DNA from: Spirochaetia bacterium
GTDB lineage: Bacteria; Spirochaetota; Spirochaetia; SP-2023
Direction of reading: 5' to 3'
Length of the DNA stretch: 64,000 nt
NCBI GenBank assembly: GCA_965225855.1
Contig: CBDDCK010000005.1
Coordinates: 704,001 to 768,000 of the forward strand
Below are positions 38,290 to 48,658 of this stretch, piece by piece (the stretch's first letter is position 1; each line of letters begins with the position of its first letter). The notes under the pieces are model-generated. The model was not told where the DNA came from. It saw only the letters and a list, made by a program, of their open reading frames with translations, and did not search any database. The translations under genes were made by a program, and so were the position numbers.

Positions 38290-40401
38290 ATGTATAAGCT
38301 CAAACTATTTTTATTGCCTGTAGCATTGCTACTGGCCTTTATGGCCTTTGCCTGCGCCCCACCCGATGACAACGATGACAATGGTGCGCCATCTTCTGGG
38401 CCGACTATCAATAACGCCATCTACGACTTTGCTACGGCGCTGTTAACCGTACAAGGTACTGACTTAAGTCCTACAGAAGCGCAAATCCAAACCATCGTGG
38501 TAGGAAGCCAAACAAATGGTGTAGCCTTAAGTTCCTATACTGCAGATGAGGATGCCACTGGGCCAAATAGTAACAGTCTTGCAAAAGGTAAGTACCGTAT
38601 TAAAACCGATGGCACAGCGCTTTGGCTTAGACTTACCGATCGACATAAAGCTGCTCTTCAGGCCAAGTTGGGTAGCGATGGTCTAAAAAAAGGCTTGCTT
38701 AGCGTTGGCTCTGGTGCTTGGGCGGGTTTAAATACAGCCAAAGACTTGGACGTTAGGAATGTACCCGGTAAGCAGTCGCCTAAGCAAGCTGAACAAACCG
38801 AACAGCAGTCGCCTAAGCAAGCTAAAGTCGAACAAGACGAACAAGCTGAACAAGCCAAACAAACTGAAGAAGTCGAAGATAAGCAGTCTAAGACCGAAAC
38901 TGAAGATCAGTCGCTTAAGCTACCCGAAGCTGCAATTACCCGTGCAACCTACAATGTTGGCACGGCGCTGTTAACCGTACAAGGTACTCACTTAAGTCCT
39001 ACCAGTGCGACCCAAGCACAAATCCAAACTATCACGGTAGCTGGCTTAGCCTTAAGTTCCTATATTGCAGATGGCACAGCCACTGGGCCAGATAGTCGTG
39101 GTCTTGCAAAAGGTAAGTACCGTATTAAAGGCGATGGCACAGCGCTTTGGCTTTATCTTACCGATCCACATAAAGCTACTCTGAATGGCAAGGACGGTAT
39201 GGATAGCAATGGTCTAAAAGATGGGTTGCTTAGCGTTGGTACTGGTGCTTGGGCGGGTTTAGATGCAGCCAAAGCCTTGGCCGTTAGTGGAAACCCCGCA
39301 CCCACAATTACCCGTGCAACCTACAATGTTGGCACGGCGCTGTTAACTGTACAAGGTACTGACTTAGCTAGTGCGACCCAAGCGCAAATCCAAACTATCG
39401 TGGTAGATGGCTTAGCCTTAAGTTCCTATACTGCAGATGCCACAGCTACTGGGCCAGATAGTCGCGGTCTTGCAAAAGGTAAGTACCGCATGCATAGCGC
39501 TGGCACAGCGCTTTGGCTTTACCTTACCGATACCGATAAAACTACTCTGAATGGCAAGACAGGTATGGATAGCAATGGTCTAAAAGATGGGTTGCTTAGC
39601 GTTGGCACTGGTGCTTGGGCGGGTTTAGATACAGCCAAAGCCTTGGCCGTTAGTGGAAACCCACCCGCAATTACCAGTGCAACCTACAATGCTGCTACAG
39701 CTGTGTTAGTGATTACAGGTGTCAATTTACCGTCATCAGTGTATGGCTGGGACTTTAGCAAATTGAGGCTTGTCGCAGGTAATGGCCGTAAGAGTCAACC
39801 ATTATTACGGCACAGACCAACCGGTAGAAACAGAGCCACAGGTTCTAATGCAAGTGCAACAAGCTTAACGATTACTTTAAAGGGTAGTGAATACACGAAA
39901 GCCAGTAATATATTGGTTAAGAATGGTGATAGTGATGATGCTGGTGCATACAACCTGGAAGCAGCAGCAGGATTTGCAGGTGGTAGCGCAGCAGACACAA
40001 GCAACCCTATTACCGTTAGTGGGTATGTAGTCAGAATCGATGACGCATACTACTCTGTTAGTAGAGGCATATTATGGATTTCTGGTAGCGGTTTACCGTC
40101 AACAGTTGAAGAGTGGGACTTTAGCAAATTGACGCTTGTATCCGGTGATGGTAATAAGAGATACACATTACCCCGGCACTCAACTGTAGGTGAAAACACA
40201 GCCACAGGTTCTAATGCAATTATAAGCAGCTTAACGATTACTTTAAGCGGTAATGTAAAAGCGGAAGTCGAGAAGATATTGGTTAAGAATGGTAAAAGTG
40301 ATGATACTGGTGCATACAACCTTAAAGTAGCAGCAGGATTTGTAATGGGTGGTTCAGCAGACCCAACCAATGCTATTGAAGTTATAGGAGTTGTTGAATA
40401 G
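38290..40401 (+). CDS. repeat-built surface lipoprotein, paralog of 15739-18204 (3 type-A plus 2 type-B repeats)
   Basis: GGAGG RBS, MYKLKLFLLPVALLLAFMAFA-C lipobox, same repeat families; ORF track starts 38254. Confidence 0.85.
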   Translation: MYKLKLFLLPVALLLAFMAFACAPPDDNDDNGAPSSGPTINNAIYDFATALLTVQGTDLSPTEAQIQTIVVGSQTNGVALSSYTADEDATGPNSNSLAKGKYRIKTDGTALWLRLTDRHKAALQAKLGSDGLKKGLLSVGSGAWAGLNTAKDLDVRNVPGKQSPKQAEQTEQQSPKQAKVEQDEQAEQAKQTEEVEDKQSKTETEDQSLKLPEAAITRATYNVGTALLTVQGTHLSPTSATQAQIQTITVAGLALSSYIADGTATGPDSRGLAKGKYRIKGDGTALWLYLTDPHKATLNGKDGMDSNGLKDGLLSVGTGAWAGLDAAKALAVSGNPAPTITRATYNVGTALLTVQGTDLASATQAQIQTIVVDGLALSSYTADATATGPDSRGLAKGKYRMHSAGTALWLYLTDTDKTTLNGKTGMDSNGLKDGLLSVGTGAWAGLDTAKALAVSGNPPAITSATYNAATAVLVITGVNLPSSVYGWDFSKLRLVAGNGRKSQPLLRHRPTGRNRATGSNASATSLTITLKGSEYTKASNILVKNGDSDDAGAYNLEAAAGFAGGSAADTSNPITVSGYVVRIDDAYYSVSRGILWISGSGLPSTVEEWDFSKLTLVSGDGNKRYTLPRHSTVGENTATGSNAIISSLTITLSGNVKAEVEKILVKNGKSDDTGAYNLKVAAGFVMGGSADPTNAIEVIGVVE

Positions 40402-40410
40402 GGTTTGGTT

Positions 40411-40446
40411 CAGCCTTGGTAAGTTTTCTTATCAAGGCTGCTTTTA
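40411..40446 (+). terminator. intrinsic terminator of lipoprotein 2
   Basis: CAGCCTTGGTAAG-TTTT-CTTATCAAGGCTG followed by CTTTT. Confidence 0.65.
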
Positions 40447-40517
40447 TCAATTACAGCCTTAGTATGGAGAACATACCAAGGCCAAAACCACCAAGCTAAA
40501 ACGTTGCCATAAAAATT

Positions 40518-40770
40518 AAGAGAGTCTCTTAATGCTTAATAAGAGAATTTCTTAATGCATAAAAAGAGAATTTCTTAATGCATAAAAAGAGAATTTCTTA
40601 ATGCTTAATAAGAGAATTTCTTAATGCTTAATAAGAGAATTTCTTAATGCTTAATAAGAGAATTTCTTAATGCTTAATAAGAGAATTTCTTAATGCTTAA
40701 TAAGAGAATTTCTTAATGCTTAATAAGAGAGTCTCTTAATACCCAACAAGAGAATTTCTTAATAACTAAC
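40518..40770. repeat. 11 x 23-bp tandem repeat (AAGAGAATTTCTTAATGCTTAAT)
   Basis: Copies start every 23 bp from 40518 to 40748; no spacers; palindromic variant ATTAAGAGAGTCTCTTAAT. Confidence 0.97.
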
Positions 40771-40874
40771 AACAGACCTTAGAAATTGTACTTAGCATAA
40801 ATTCTGTAAAGTTGAAATTGCATTTAATGATTTTTCCTATACTTTGGTTGGCATACCACCCAAAGAGCTAAACT

Positions 40875-42515
40875 CTAATTTTGAATCGTTGCTGAATTGA
40901 GTTTGTCCAAAAGATTCTCATCAAAACATTGTTCAATCAATTTGCGCAAACTGTAAGGGCCACGATATAAACAATTTTGTTGTAATTCTTTGGTATTCAT
41001 TTGCCAATGGTTGCAAAGTTTGCTTAAGTAACTGGCAATTTCCCATTCCAATATTTCACTTTCACGTTGTGTGCGAAAATTTTGCCAAGCTATAAGCCGC
41101 CTATTTGTTCTTTTTTTGGCTTTTTTTTGTTCTGGTAATTTGGGGTATGGACTTATGGCAAATTGTTCTGCAATGGTTATTTCCTGTATTTGTAGAGAAA
41201 TTTGCGGCAAAAAACTACCCGAAGCTTTTAAGGCGTTTTGCCAAGCTTTCAAGCATTGATTCCAAAAATTTTCTTGCGTTTCTAAACCAAGTTTTTCCAA
41301 TTTATTTTGAGGGCTTAAATGCAAAACAGCAATTTGTAGTTGTTCCTGCCAACCAATCATTTTTAAGTATTCTAAAAAATTCAGTAACGGGCTTAAACCT
41401 GCACCACTGCCAATATAAAGCAAACGCCCATTGTTGAAGATACTTTTTATAAACTGGGGCTGTGCATCGTAGTAAGGGCCCCATACTTGCACCGTATTAT
41501 TGACAAAAGCCGATGAAGGAAGATATTCCAAAAAACCTTGCATTTCGAGGGCAAATTCTAGTTCTATTTTGCTTTCTGTTTTGCTATAGCGAAGTAAACT
41601 TAGAGGGTGTTCATTTTGCTGCGAACGGGCTAAGCCTTTTTGTTTGGGAAAATGGAGGATATAAAAGCCCATAGGTAGGAACATGGGTAGGGCTATTTGG
41701 TTTATATTATGATGGGTTGCTGCGTTGGCTATACATTGTAGCCCTAATTTCTTGCTGAAACAATGTTCGAGAGTGCTGTGGCAAGTCAGCTTTAAACGCA
41801 AGAGATACAACCCTGATGCTACAGCCTCAAAACTAGAGATTTCCCCTATGCAGCTATGCATAGGCCTAAGGTAATGGACTTTGTAGTAATGCCAGTTGCG
41901 CCAGTAGATATAGAGCAATGGCGGCAAAGCAAAGATTAGCACAAACCACGCTAGCCCAAGTAACTGCGACAAATTATACAAGGTTATAAACAGAAAACCT
42001 AAGTAAACTAATTCGCACAGCCATAAGATACCATCGGGCCACAATGGCCAACGGCGGCCAAAGTCAGCAGGGGTGGTATCGCGGCTGCTAATGCCAAGGC
42101 TATTAAAATGTTGCAAGCGAGTGGCTAGTAAGGCAAGAAAGCTAACAGCAAACCATAACAAAAAGAGCCACCATTTAAAGGGATGCCATTGCAAAACTAT
42201 AAGCCCGTTATTTCCTAATAATGATAATCCTATTGTTTTAGGGATTATTGACTTTGGTGGCTGATAAAATAGTAATAGCAACAGGGGTAGGGCTGCCAAA
42301 GCCGCACCACTACCGTGGTGCTCAATGCGCTTGAGCAATGTTTTAGGCTTCACTACAGCCCATATCTTTGTTGCTAGAGCTAGGGCCAAAGTTTCATGCT
42401 CAGGCCTAGCATGTTGAGCATTATAAAGGAGATCGCTTTGGGGGCGCAGCAGTAGTAAACTCTGGCGCAGCAGTAGGGCAAAATGTATAGCCAATAATAT
42501 GGTTGTAAGCAGCAT
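40875..42515 (-). CDS. membrane protein with divergent ferredoxin-reductase-like (FAD/NAD) C-terminal domain, ferric-reductase-like layout
   Basis: Several TM helices then EHPLSL, VWGPY, LYIGSGAGLSPL. Confidence 0.55.
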   Translation of the reverse strand: MLLTTILLAIHFALLLRQSLLLLRPQSDLLYNAQHARPEHETLALALATKIWAVVKPKTLLKRIEHHGSGAALAALPLLLLLFYQPPKSIIPKTIGLSLLGNNGLIVLQWHPFKWWLFLLWFAVSFLALLATRLQHFNSLGISSRDTTPADFGRRWPLWPDGILWLCELVYLGFLFITLYNLSQLLGLAWFVLIFALPPLLYIYWRNWHYYKVHYLRPMHSCIGEISSFEAVASGLYLLRLKLTCHSTLEHCFSKKLGLQCIANAATHHNINQIALPMFLPMGFYILHFPKQKGLARSQQNEHPLSLLRYSKTESKIELEFALEMQGFLEYLPSSAFVNNTVQVWGPYYDAQPQFIKSIFNNGRLLYIGSGAGLSPLLNFLEYLKMIGWQEQLQIAVLHLSPQNKLEKLGLETQENFWNQCLKAWQNALKASGSFLPQISLQIQEITIAEQFAISPYPKLPEQKKAKKRTNRRLIAWQNFRTQRESEILEWEIASYLSKLCNHWQMNTKELQQNCLYRGPYSLRKLIEQCFDENLLDKLNSATIQN

Positions 42516-45500
42516 CTAGGGCACAGCTTCCCAGTTGTCATCGTGGAAGATATTGCGCTTATGCAGGTTGTACTGACTGCGAATGTAGTATTGGTAACCG
42601 TTGCCAGCCAGCTCACGGCTACGCTTGACCCCCTCTATTACAAATAACGGTATCGGCTCGGTTTGGACAGCTTGAAGGGCTTTACCACTATAGGGGTTTT
42701 TATGGATACCAAGTTGTGGTAGAAATTCTGCAGGAATATCGGCCACAGTACGAAACTCTGGAGAGCTTTGCAAAGATCCTCGCTCACCAAAGCCTTTACT
42801 CATATAGAGGCTATGCCAATTGCCTTTGGTGCGGTAGCCTGTGCGCCCCTGCACTGGAAAGCTAGGGTCATACAGTGTAGAACCATGGTCTGAAACCAAA
42901 TAGATTTGGCTGTTATCGTAGAGTCCTTGCTCTTTTAAAGTATCGAGCCAATTGGCGACCAGATATAGGCTTTGGTAGTGAGCCAGATAGGCGGTAGCGT
43001 GCTCATGGTTGCTACCGTGATTACGGTCTATCTCTTGTAATATGGCTGGGATAGGCGGCAGGGGAAAATGGAAGTTCTCTGGATTGCCAAAATACTGTTC
43101 CGAGCCTGTAAAGCTGGCTGTATTGTGGGTCAATTGATTGTGGTATAGTACATACGAACCTTTTAGTTCATCGTTAGCTTCAAATAGTTTACTTAGGCTT
43201 AGCAGTTCGATATAAGGCTGCCAAAAAGCAATGGAAGCCCACACGCTAGCATTACCTAATAAGCCCATCCATTTACCGTGGTTGTATATCTTCTCACGGA
43301 ATATCGGGCCAAAGGCTTGAAATAAACCTAGTAGGCTCAAGAAGTTTTGCCATTGTAGTTGGGTACTTGCATGGCTCTGACCCTTCGAGTCTGTAGGTCT
43401 TCTGGGGCCTGTGGTAAGTTCTGGTTGCGCTACTAAGCTGTAATCATAGCCCGTCTTGCGTACTTGAACTTGTTCTGTTGCTAGGCGTGCTAGCATGGTA
43501 GCACGCCCTTGTGCAGGCAAGACGTATTCGACATTGATAAAGTAAGAGGCAAAACCAGAGCGTTGCTCATTTAAGGCTTTGGGTATCATAGTGAAGGCTT
43601 CAATTATATCTAGTTCTAGGGGCCTTTGGTTGGCATTCATTTGGTCTACCGTGTATTCACTGCCGCCGACAATGGGGTGGAGCCCTCCGTAGGTGCGCTG
43701 TGCTTGGGATACGCTATTGGGGTAGTAGACAAAGCCATCAAACCGCTGGGATAGCTCGGTTAGCAGAGGGCTTTTTATAACAGGTTTGCTAGCATCTTGG
43801 CTAGCTGTTTTAGGTTCTTCTATTGGCAGTAGCTCGGGGATAAAGCCTGCCATGAACTTATCCAGTACCAAGATGATAACATTAGGCCCATTGAGGCTAA
43901 GCTGTACCCTGGTATTGGACTCGGCTTGCAAGTTACTTTCCCCTAGTGAATTAGTTAGTTCTGGGGGCTGGATAGTCCTATTACCTTGAGCTAGCTCGAA
44001 ATGGTAGCGGCTTACTTGGTAGCTAGAGCCTACGATCGATAGGATATGGCTTGCCAATAACAATGGCAGTAAGTGGTCTAGCTTCAGCCATGTTTTAAGG
44101 CTAGCGGGTTTAGTTTCCCCTTGATAGTACCAGCTTAAATAACAGCTAAGCAATAGGCATAGCAAAGTGGCAAACAACAAGACACTGGCAGCTATTTCAT
44201 TGTGCCCAATGCTCAAGGGATTGCGGAATGAAGTAAACTCTAAGGGCCCATAATCCCCCGGCAGCCACAGCACATTGATACTGAAAAAGCATGCGGCTAC
44301 CGTAGCCAGCAAAGAACTATAATAGCGTAGCACTTTGGGGAATAGTAGGTATATCGATAAGAATATACTGCTAGCCAATAACAACAATAAAGCTAAGCTT
44401 ATTGACAGTGTTAAGTAGTTGCTATTGCCTTCAAAGCTAGCAGGGTCGCTAGCTACAGCCTTGGCGGGCACCGTTCCAAATATGGCCAGTAGCATGCAGG
44501 TAATCGACATGGTATAGCGGTAGAGATGCGTACGGTTTGGCATGGCTTTTCTGCCAAGTCTTAAATGGCCATATAAGGCTTTATATATGGCAATAGAAGA
44601 GCGCACTAGGGGAGGCGGGTGCTTAGCCCTTGGCCTTACTAGCCATGCGGCCATAGGGCGGCCATAGGGCCATAGCCAAGCATTGTATCCATTGGCCAAT
44701 GGCAACAGAATCTGGCCGCAGATTACCGCAAGCAAACCCAAGCCCCAGGCAATCGGTCGCAAGGCTTGGGCTTGCTTTTCCAGCATAAATGATTGGGCTA
44801 GTTGGCCGCTACTTTGTAGAGAGGAATTTTGCGCACCGAGGTAGATTAAGCGCAGCAATAGCCCTGATGTGCCCAGTAATGCCAATAGCCATAGCCAGCT
44901 TAGCCCAATATATAAACTCCTACGTGCTTGGTTTGTATTTTGCCCTTGTAAAGGTTGCTTTACTAAGCAAGCGCCAGCAAGCCCATAGTAGAGCGCTAGG
45001 TAGACCAACACAGCAAGAGAAATATTCAGCCATAGCACTACCAATACTTCATCGATGCGAATTAGATAGAGTGTGGCAAGGAATAAGGCTAGAAACAATA
45101 AGCTGATGTGAAAGGCCCGAATGCTAGGGTTAGAGTATAGCTGTGCTGCTATGGTTGTTAGGCTTACTTTTAGCTTTGCAGGGTTAGTAGCTGCGCCTTT
45201 GCTGCTTGTCTGTTGCGTGGTTAGCTTGCTGCGCTTCTGTTGCTGCCAATGCCATAAATTCTTTAATAAGGATAAGATGTTGTTGATGCTCCAGTAGAAG
45301 ACTAGGGCAACGGGCTGCTGGTATAGCAATAGTAAGAATAGAGTCGGCAATAGCCAAATTCTAGCCCTTTCGCTTAGTTTTGCGCTTTCGCTTGGGTTTG
45401 TGCTTGAGTTTGCAGCATAAAGATAAGCCGATAGCAGATTGAGCAAGGTCATGAATAATGGCAGTATATGTACGCTAATGCCATAGAATTGCCATAGGCC

Positions 45501-45950
45501 ATCGGGTTGGGCTAAGTCCTGAAAAGGTCCTACTGTTAGGCCTGTAAAGCTAGCAAAGTTGTGCAGCATTTGGTAACTAGCAAAGAAGAATGGTATTTGT
45601 ACGGCTAAGCCAAACAAACCCACTAGGCTGTGTATGGGATTATAACCATAGCGGCGGTAAATTTCTCGAGTATAGAAGTATTTGCGCATACCCCCTTGAT
45701 TATGTTGCCCTTGGTCTAAATGGGTAATGGAATCTAGCTCGTGTTGCATTGCGGCTTTGCGCTGGTGTTCCCGTGCTAGCAAGACATCGCCAAAGCGGTA
45801 TAGCGGTAGCATCAGTATAAATATGGTTAGGCTCAACAAGGCTAAAGCTGCTAGGGGGCCAGCAAAACTCAAGTAGAATACCAGCATTGCTTCCATAGCG
45901 ATAATGAGGGGCTCTAAAATCATAGCAAACATACTATAGCAGCCTTGCAA
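42516..45950 (-). CDS. YidC/Oxa1-like domain fused to a polytopic region and a sulfatase/alkaline-phosphatase-fold domain
   Basis: QIPFFFASY, DLAQPDG, ILPLFMT, LVFYWSINN (YidC-like); VIILVLDK, FDGFVYYPN, IYLVSDHG; likely start ATG 45932. Confidence 0.8.
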   Translation of the reverse strand: MQGCYSMFAMILEPLIIAMEAMLVFYLSFAGPLAALALLSLTIFILMLPLYRFGDVLLAREHQRKAAMQHELDSITHLDQGQHNQGGMRKYFYTREIYRRYGYNPIHSLVGLFGLAVQIPFFFASYQMLHNFASFTGLTVGPFQDLAQPDGLWQFYGISVHILPLFMTLLNLLSAYLYAANSSTNPSESAKLSERARIWLLPTLFLLLLYQQPVALVFYWSINNILSLLKNLWHWQQQKRSKLTTQQTSSKGAATNPAKLKVSLTTIAAQLYSNPSIRAFHISLLFLALFLATLYLIRIDEVLVVLWLNISLAVLVYLALYYGLAGACLVKQPLQGQNTNQARRSLYIGLSWLWLLALLGTSGLLLRLIYLGAQNSSLQSSGQLAQSFMLEKQAQALRPIAWGLGLLAVICGQILLPLANGYNAWLWPYGRPMAAWLVRPRAKHPPPLVRSSIAIYKALYGHLRLGRKAMPNRTHLYRYTMSITCMLLAIFGTVPAKAVASDPASFEGNSNYLTLSISLALLLLLASSIFLSIYLLFPKVLRYYSSLLATVAACFFSINVLWLPGDYGPLEFTSFRNPLSIGHNEIAASVLLFATLLCLLLSCYLSWYYQGETKPASLKTWLKLDHLLPLLLASHILSIVGSSYQVSRYHFELAQGNRTIQPPELTNSLGESNLQAESNTRVQLSLNGPNVIILVLDKFMAGFIPELLPIEEPKTASQDASKPVIKSPLLTELSQRFDGFVYYPNSVSQAQRTYGGLHPIVGGSEYTVDQMNANQRPLELDIIEAFTMIPKALNEQRSGFASYFINVEYVLPAQGRATMLARLATEQVQVRKTGYDYSLVAQPELTTGPRRPTDSKGQSHASTQLQWQNFLSLLGLFQAFGPIFREKIYNHGKWMGLLGNASVWASIAFWQPYIELLSLSKLFEANDELKGSYVLYHNQLTHNTASFTGSEQYFGNPENFHFPLPPIPAILQEIDRNHGSNHEHATAYLAHYQSLYLVANWLDTLKEQGLYDNSQIYLVSDHGSTLYDPSFPVQGRTGYRTKGNWHSLYMSKGFGERGSLQSSPEFRTVADIPAEFLPQLGIHKNPYSGKALQAVQTEPIPLFVIEGVKRSRELAGNGYQYYIRSQYNLHKRNIFHDDNWEAVP

Positions 45951-46370
45951 TAGAATGGCAATTGGCTGCTGCCTTTATATCAACATATTTTATCAATGTT
46001 ATAGTCTCTATAACTGTGTACCATATAGCAAAGTCTCTACAAGATAATATTACCTAAATCAGCAATAATCCTTCTTACTTATCGTCAAGAGGAATACTTG
46101 TAGTAGCTCAAGAGAAAAGCACTATAGGCTAAGAAAATATACTACTACTATAAGTAATAATATGTGCTAGGGCTATACTAGACACAAAGCCCTAGGGTAA
46201 GGTACTATCTTGCTAAAAACCAAAGCAACACAGCAACAAGGGTATATGAATCCCTTGTACTTGCAAAATATGGTAGCGATAAAGCATAGCCAAGCCCAAA
46301 GCAAAGTAGCGCTTTCAACCCAATGGTGCATATAGCCATACAATCATCGAAATAACCGGTCCCATTCCCG

Positions 46371-47357
46371 TTATTGGGCTTGTAGTGTTATTTGGATGGC
46401 CTGCCAATCTAGGCTAGGCAGTGGCAACCCGTGTTGCAAACAAGCCGCTTGAATGGTATTGTACAATAGTATGGTAATGGTCATAGGGCCGACACCGCCC
46501 GGAACGGGGGTTATGTGGCTGGCTTTGGGTAGCAAATTAGGGTAATCCATATCGCCCACCAAACGGTAGCCGCGCTTTTTGCTACTATCTGCTACACGGT
46601 TCATACCCACATCGATCAACACACTATTGGGCTTGACCATCTCTGCGCTAACTAAGTTGGCATAGCCCGTTGCAGAGATAATCATATCGGCATTTTGGCA
46701 ATGCCTAGCTAGGCCCTTAGTACGGGAATTGCACTGAGTTACGGTGGCATCACCCAAGCCGAAATTAAATAGCTCATTGGGTTTTTGTGACATTAGATAG
46801 CTCATTGGGTTGCCCACAATATGGCTGCGGCCAATAATGCAAACATGGCTACCTTGAATATGTTTCGTCTCAAAGCCATACGCTTTTAATAAGGCCAGAA
46901 TACCCATTGGGGTACAGGGCTTTAAACTTTCTGGATAGTTACGGGCTAATTGCCCTTGGCTTACCACAGTAAAGCCATCAACATCTTTTGCCGGCTGGAT
47001 AGCTTCAATCACTAGGCGTTCTGCATCGATAGCTTCTTTAGACCAAACATCTGGCAATGGCAACTGTACTAGTACCCCGTTGCAAGAGTTTTGGTTTTGA
47101 ATGTCTGCTAGTTTTGCCAAGGCCTCATGGAAACTAATGCTTGAGGGCTGGTGATGGATTCTCCCGATAATACCTACTTTTTCTGCTGCTTTTTTCTTAC
47201 CAGTTACATAAGAAATACTAGCGGCAGAATCACCAATCAATAAGACATCTAGTCCGGGTATTAGATTGTGGTCGGTCTGCAATTGTTTGACAATTTGGCT
47301 AAGTTGTTCTTGAATTACAGCTGCACATCTATTGCCATCAAGGATTACAGGGGGCAT
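46371..47357 (-). CDS. folD: methylenetetrahydrofolate dehydrogenase/cyclohydrolase
   Basis: VQLPLP, KDVDG, PCTP.G, GRSHIVG.P, TPVPGGVGPMT. Confidence 0.96.
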   Translation of the reverse strand: MPPVILDGNRCAAVIQEQLSQIVKQLQTDHNLIPGLDVLLIGDSAASISYVTGKKKAAEKVGIIGRIHHQPSSISFHEALAKLADIQNQNSCNGVLVQLPLPDVWSKEAIDAERLVIEAIQPAKDVDGFTVVSQGQLARNYPESLKPCTPMGILALLKAYGFETKHIQGSHVCIIGRSHIVGNPMSYLMSQKPNELFNFGLGDATVTQCNSRTKGLARHCQNADMIISATGYANLVSAEMVKPNSVLIDVGMNRVADSSKKRGYRLVGDMDYPNLLPKASHITPVPGGVGPMTITILLYNTIQAACLQHGLPLPSLDWQAIQITLQAQ

Positions 47358-47629
47358 ATTTTTCTCCTATCTTGAATTAATGAATTTCCATAGATATTTT
47401 TGGGTAGAGAAGATAAAACAGAATTAGGGATAAAACAAGTTTTTTAATCTTGGTTGTGGTTATAATTTTGTATGATCTGCTAAGTATGTTTATATTACAG
47501 ATGGCATTTTGTGGTTTTTGTTGTTATTTATAGCATTAGAACACTTTTATTTTTTAGTTTTAGAAATCTTTTTGCCACTTTGCCACAAGGTTTTAATTTT
47601 TCATTAAAGTTACGGCCTATGTAAGGAAA

Positions 47630-48651
47630 ATGAAGTTATAGAGTTATAGAATAGTGTTATTGTTTTTTATTCTATCACACAATTATTAAAGTTTAAACTT
47701 GCTATAAATATTATTTTTAAATATACAGGAAACAATTCTGGTTAGTTGTGATTTTTCTAAAGCAAATTTGTCTAAGGCGAGTTTGCGTAATACAAAGCTT
47801 GAAAGTGCAGATTTGCGCGAGGCTGATCTTCGTTCTGCTGACTTGTACGAGGCTAATTTACAGGCTAGCCGGTTACGTGGTTGCAGTTTAGGATGCGCAG
47901 ATCTAAGCCATGCCAATTTGCAAGAGAGCCAACTTTTAGGAGCCATTATCGTTGGTGCCAATTTTCGTGAAGCTCAATTGCAAAATGTCAAGTGGAATGG
48001 AGAAAAAACGAAGGTCGTAGGCAAATGGCTGTGCTCAATAGTAGCAATTTGCAAGGGGCTAAGCTGGAATATGCAGACTTTTCCAATGCAACATTGATGC
48101 AAGTTCAGCTTCAAAATGCAAAATTACATTGGGCGAATATGCGCGGGGCTGATATGTCGGGTACGGCCCTTGACCATGCCAATCTCCCAAAAGAGCGGTT
48201 CTCAGTGGTGTAAAACTAGTTGGGAGCAGTATGAGAGCTACAAACTTTGAAAGCGTATTTTGGGAATATGCCGATTTAGCTAAAGCTAGTCTACCTGCGG
48301 CGAATTTCTCTGGAGCCGATTTATTGGAGGTAAATTTCAAAAATGCGAATTTGAAAATATATACTTGCCACAAGCTAATTTTAGTTCTGCCAATTTAATC
48401 AATCCCGATTTTTCAAATGCTTACTGTAAAGACAGTAATTTTGAAAGTGCCTCTTTGAAAAAAAGACTCACGTAGAAAATGCAAATTTAGAAAACTGCGA
48501 CTTTAGCAGGGAGGATCTTTCAGAGACAAATTTCTTCCGTGCAAATTTAAAGAATGTAGGGCTAAGCGAATTAGCAACAGACAACAAAACCAATTTTGAT
48601 CGTTGTACAAAGGATAGTCTGCATCTAATTCAGGGACTACCGAATAAATAA
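47630..48651 (+). pseudogene. pentapeptide-repeat protein pseudogene
   Basis: A(D/N)Lxx repeats continue across about four frameshifts (ADLREADLRSADL; SNLQGAKLEYADF; ADLAKASLPAANF; ANFSSANL; ANLENCDF) to TAA 48651; start uncertain. Confidence 0.85.
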
Positions 48652-48658
48652 AACCAGT

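Noticed and set aside
40518..40770. CRISPR array
   Set aside because: Units are contiguous with no unique spacers and no cas genes are recognisable in the window
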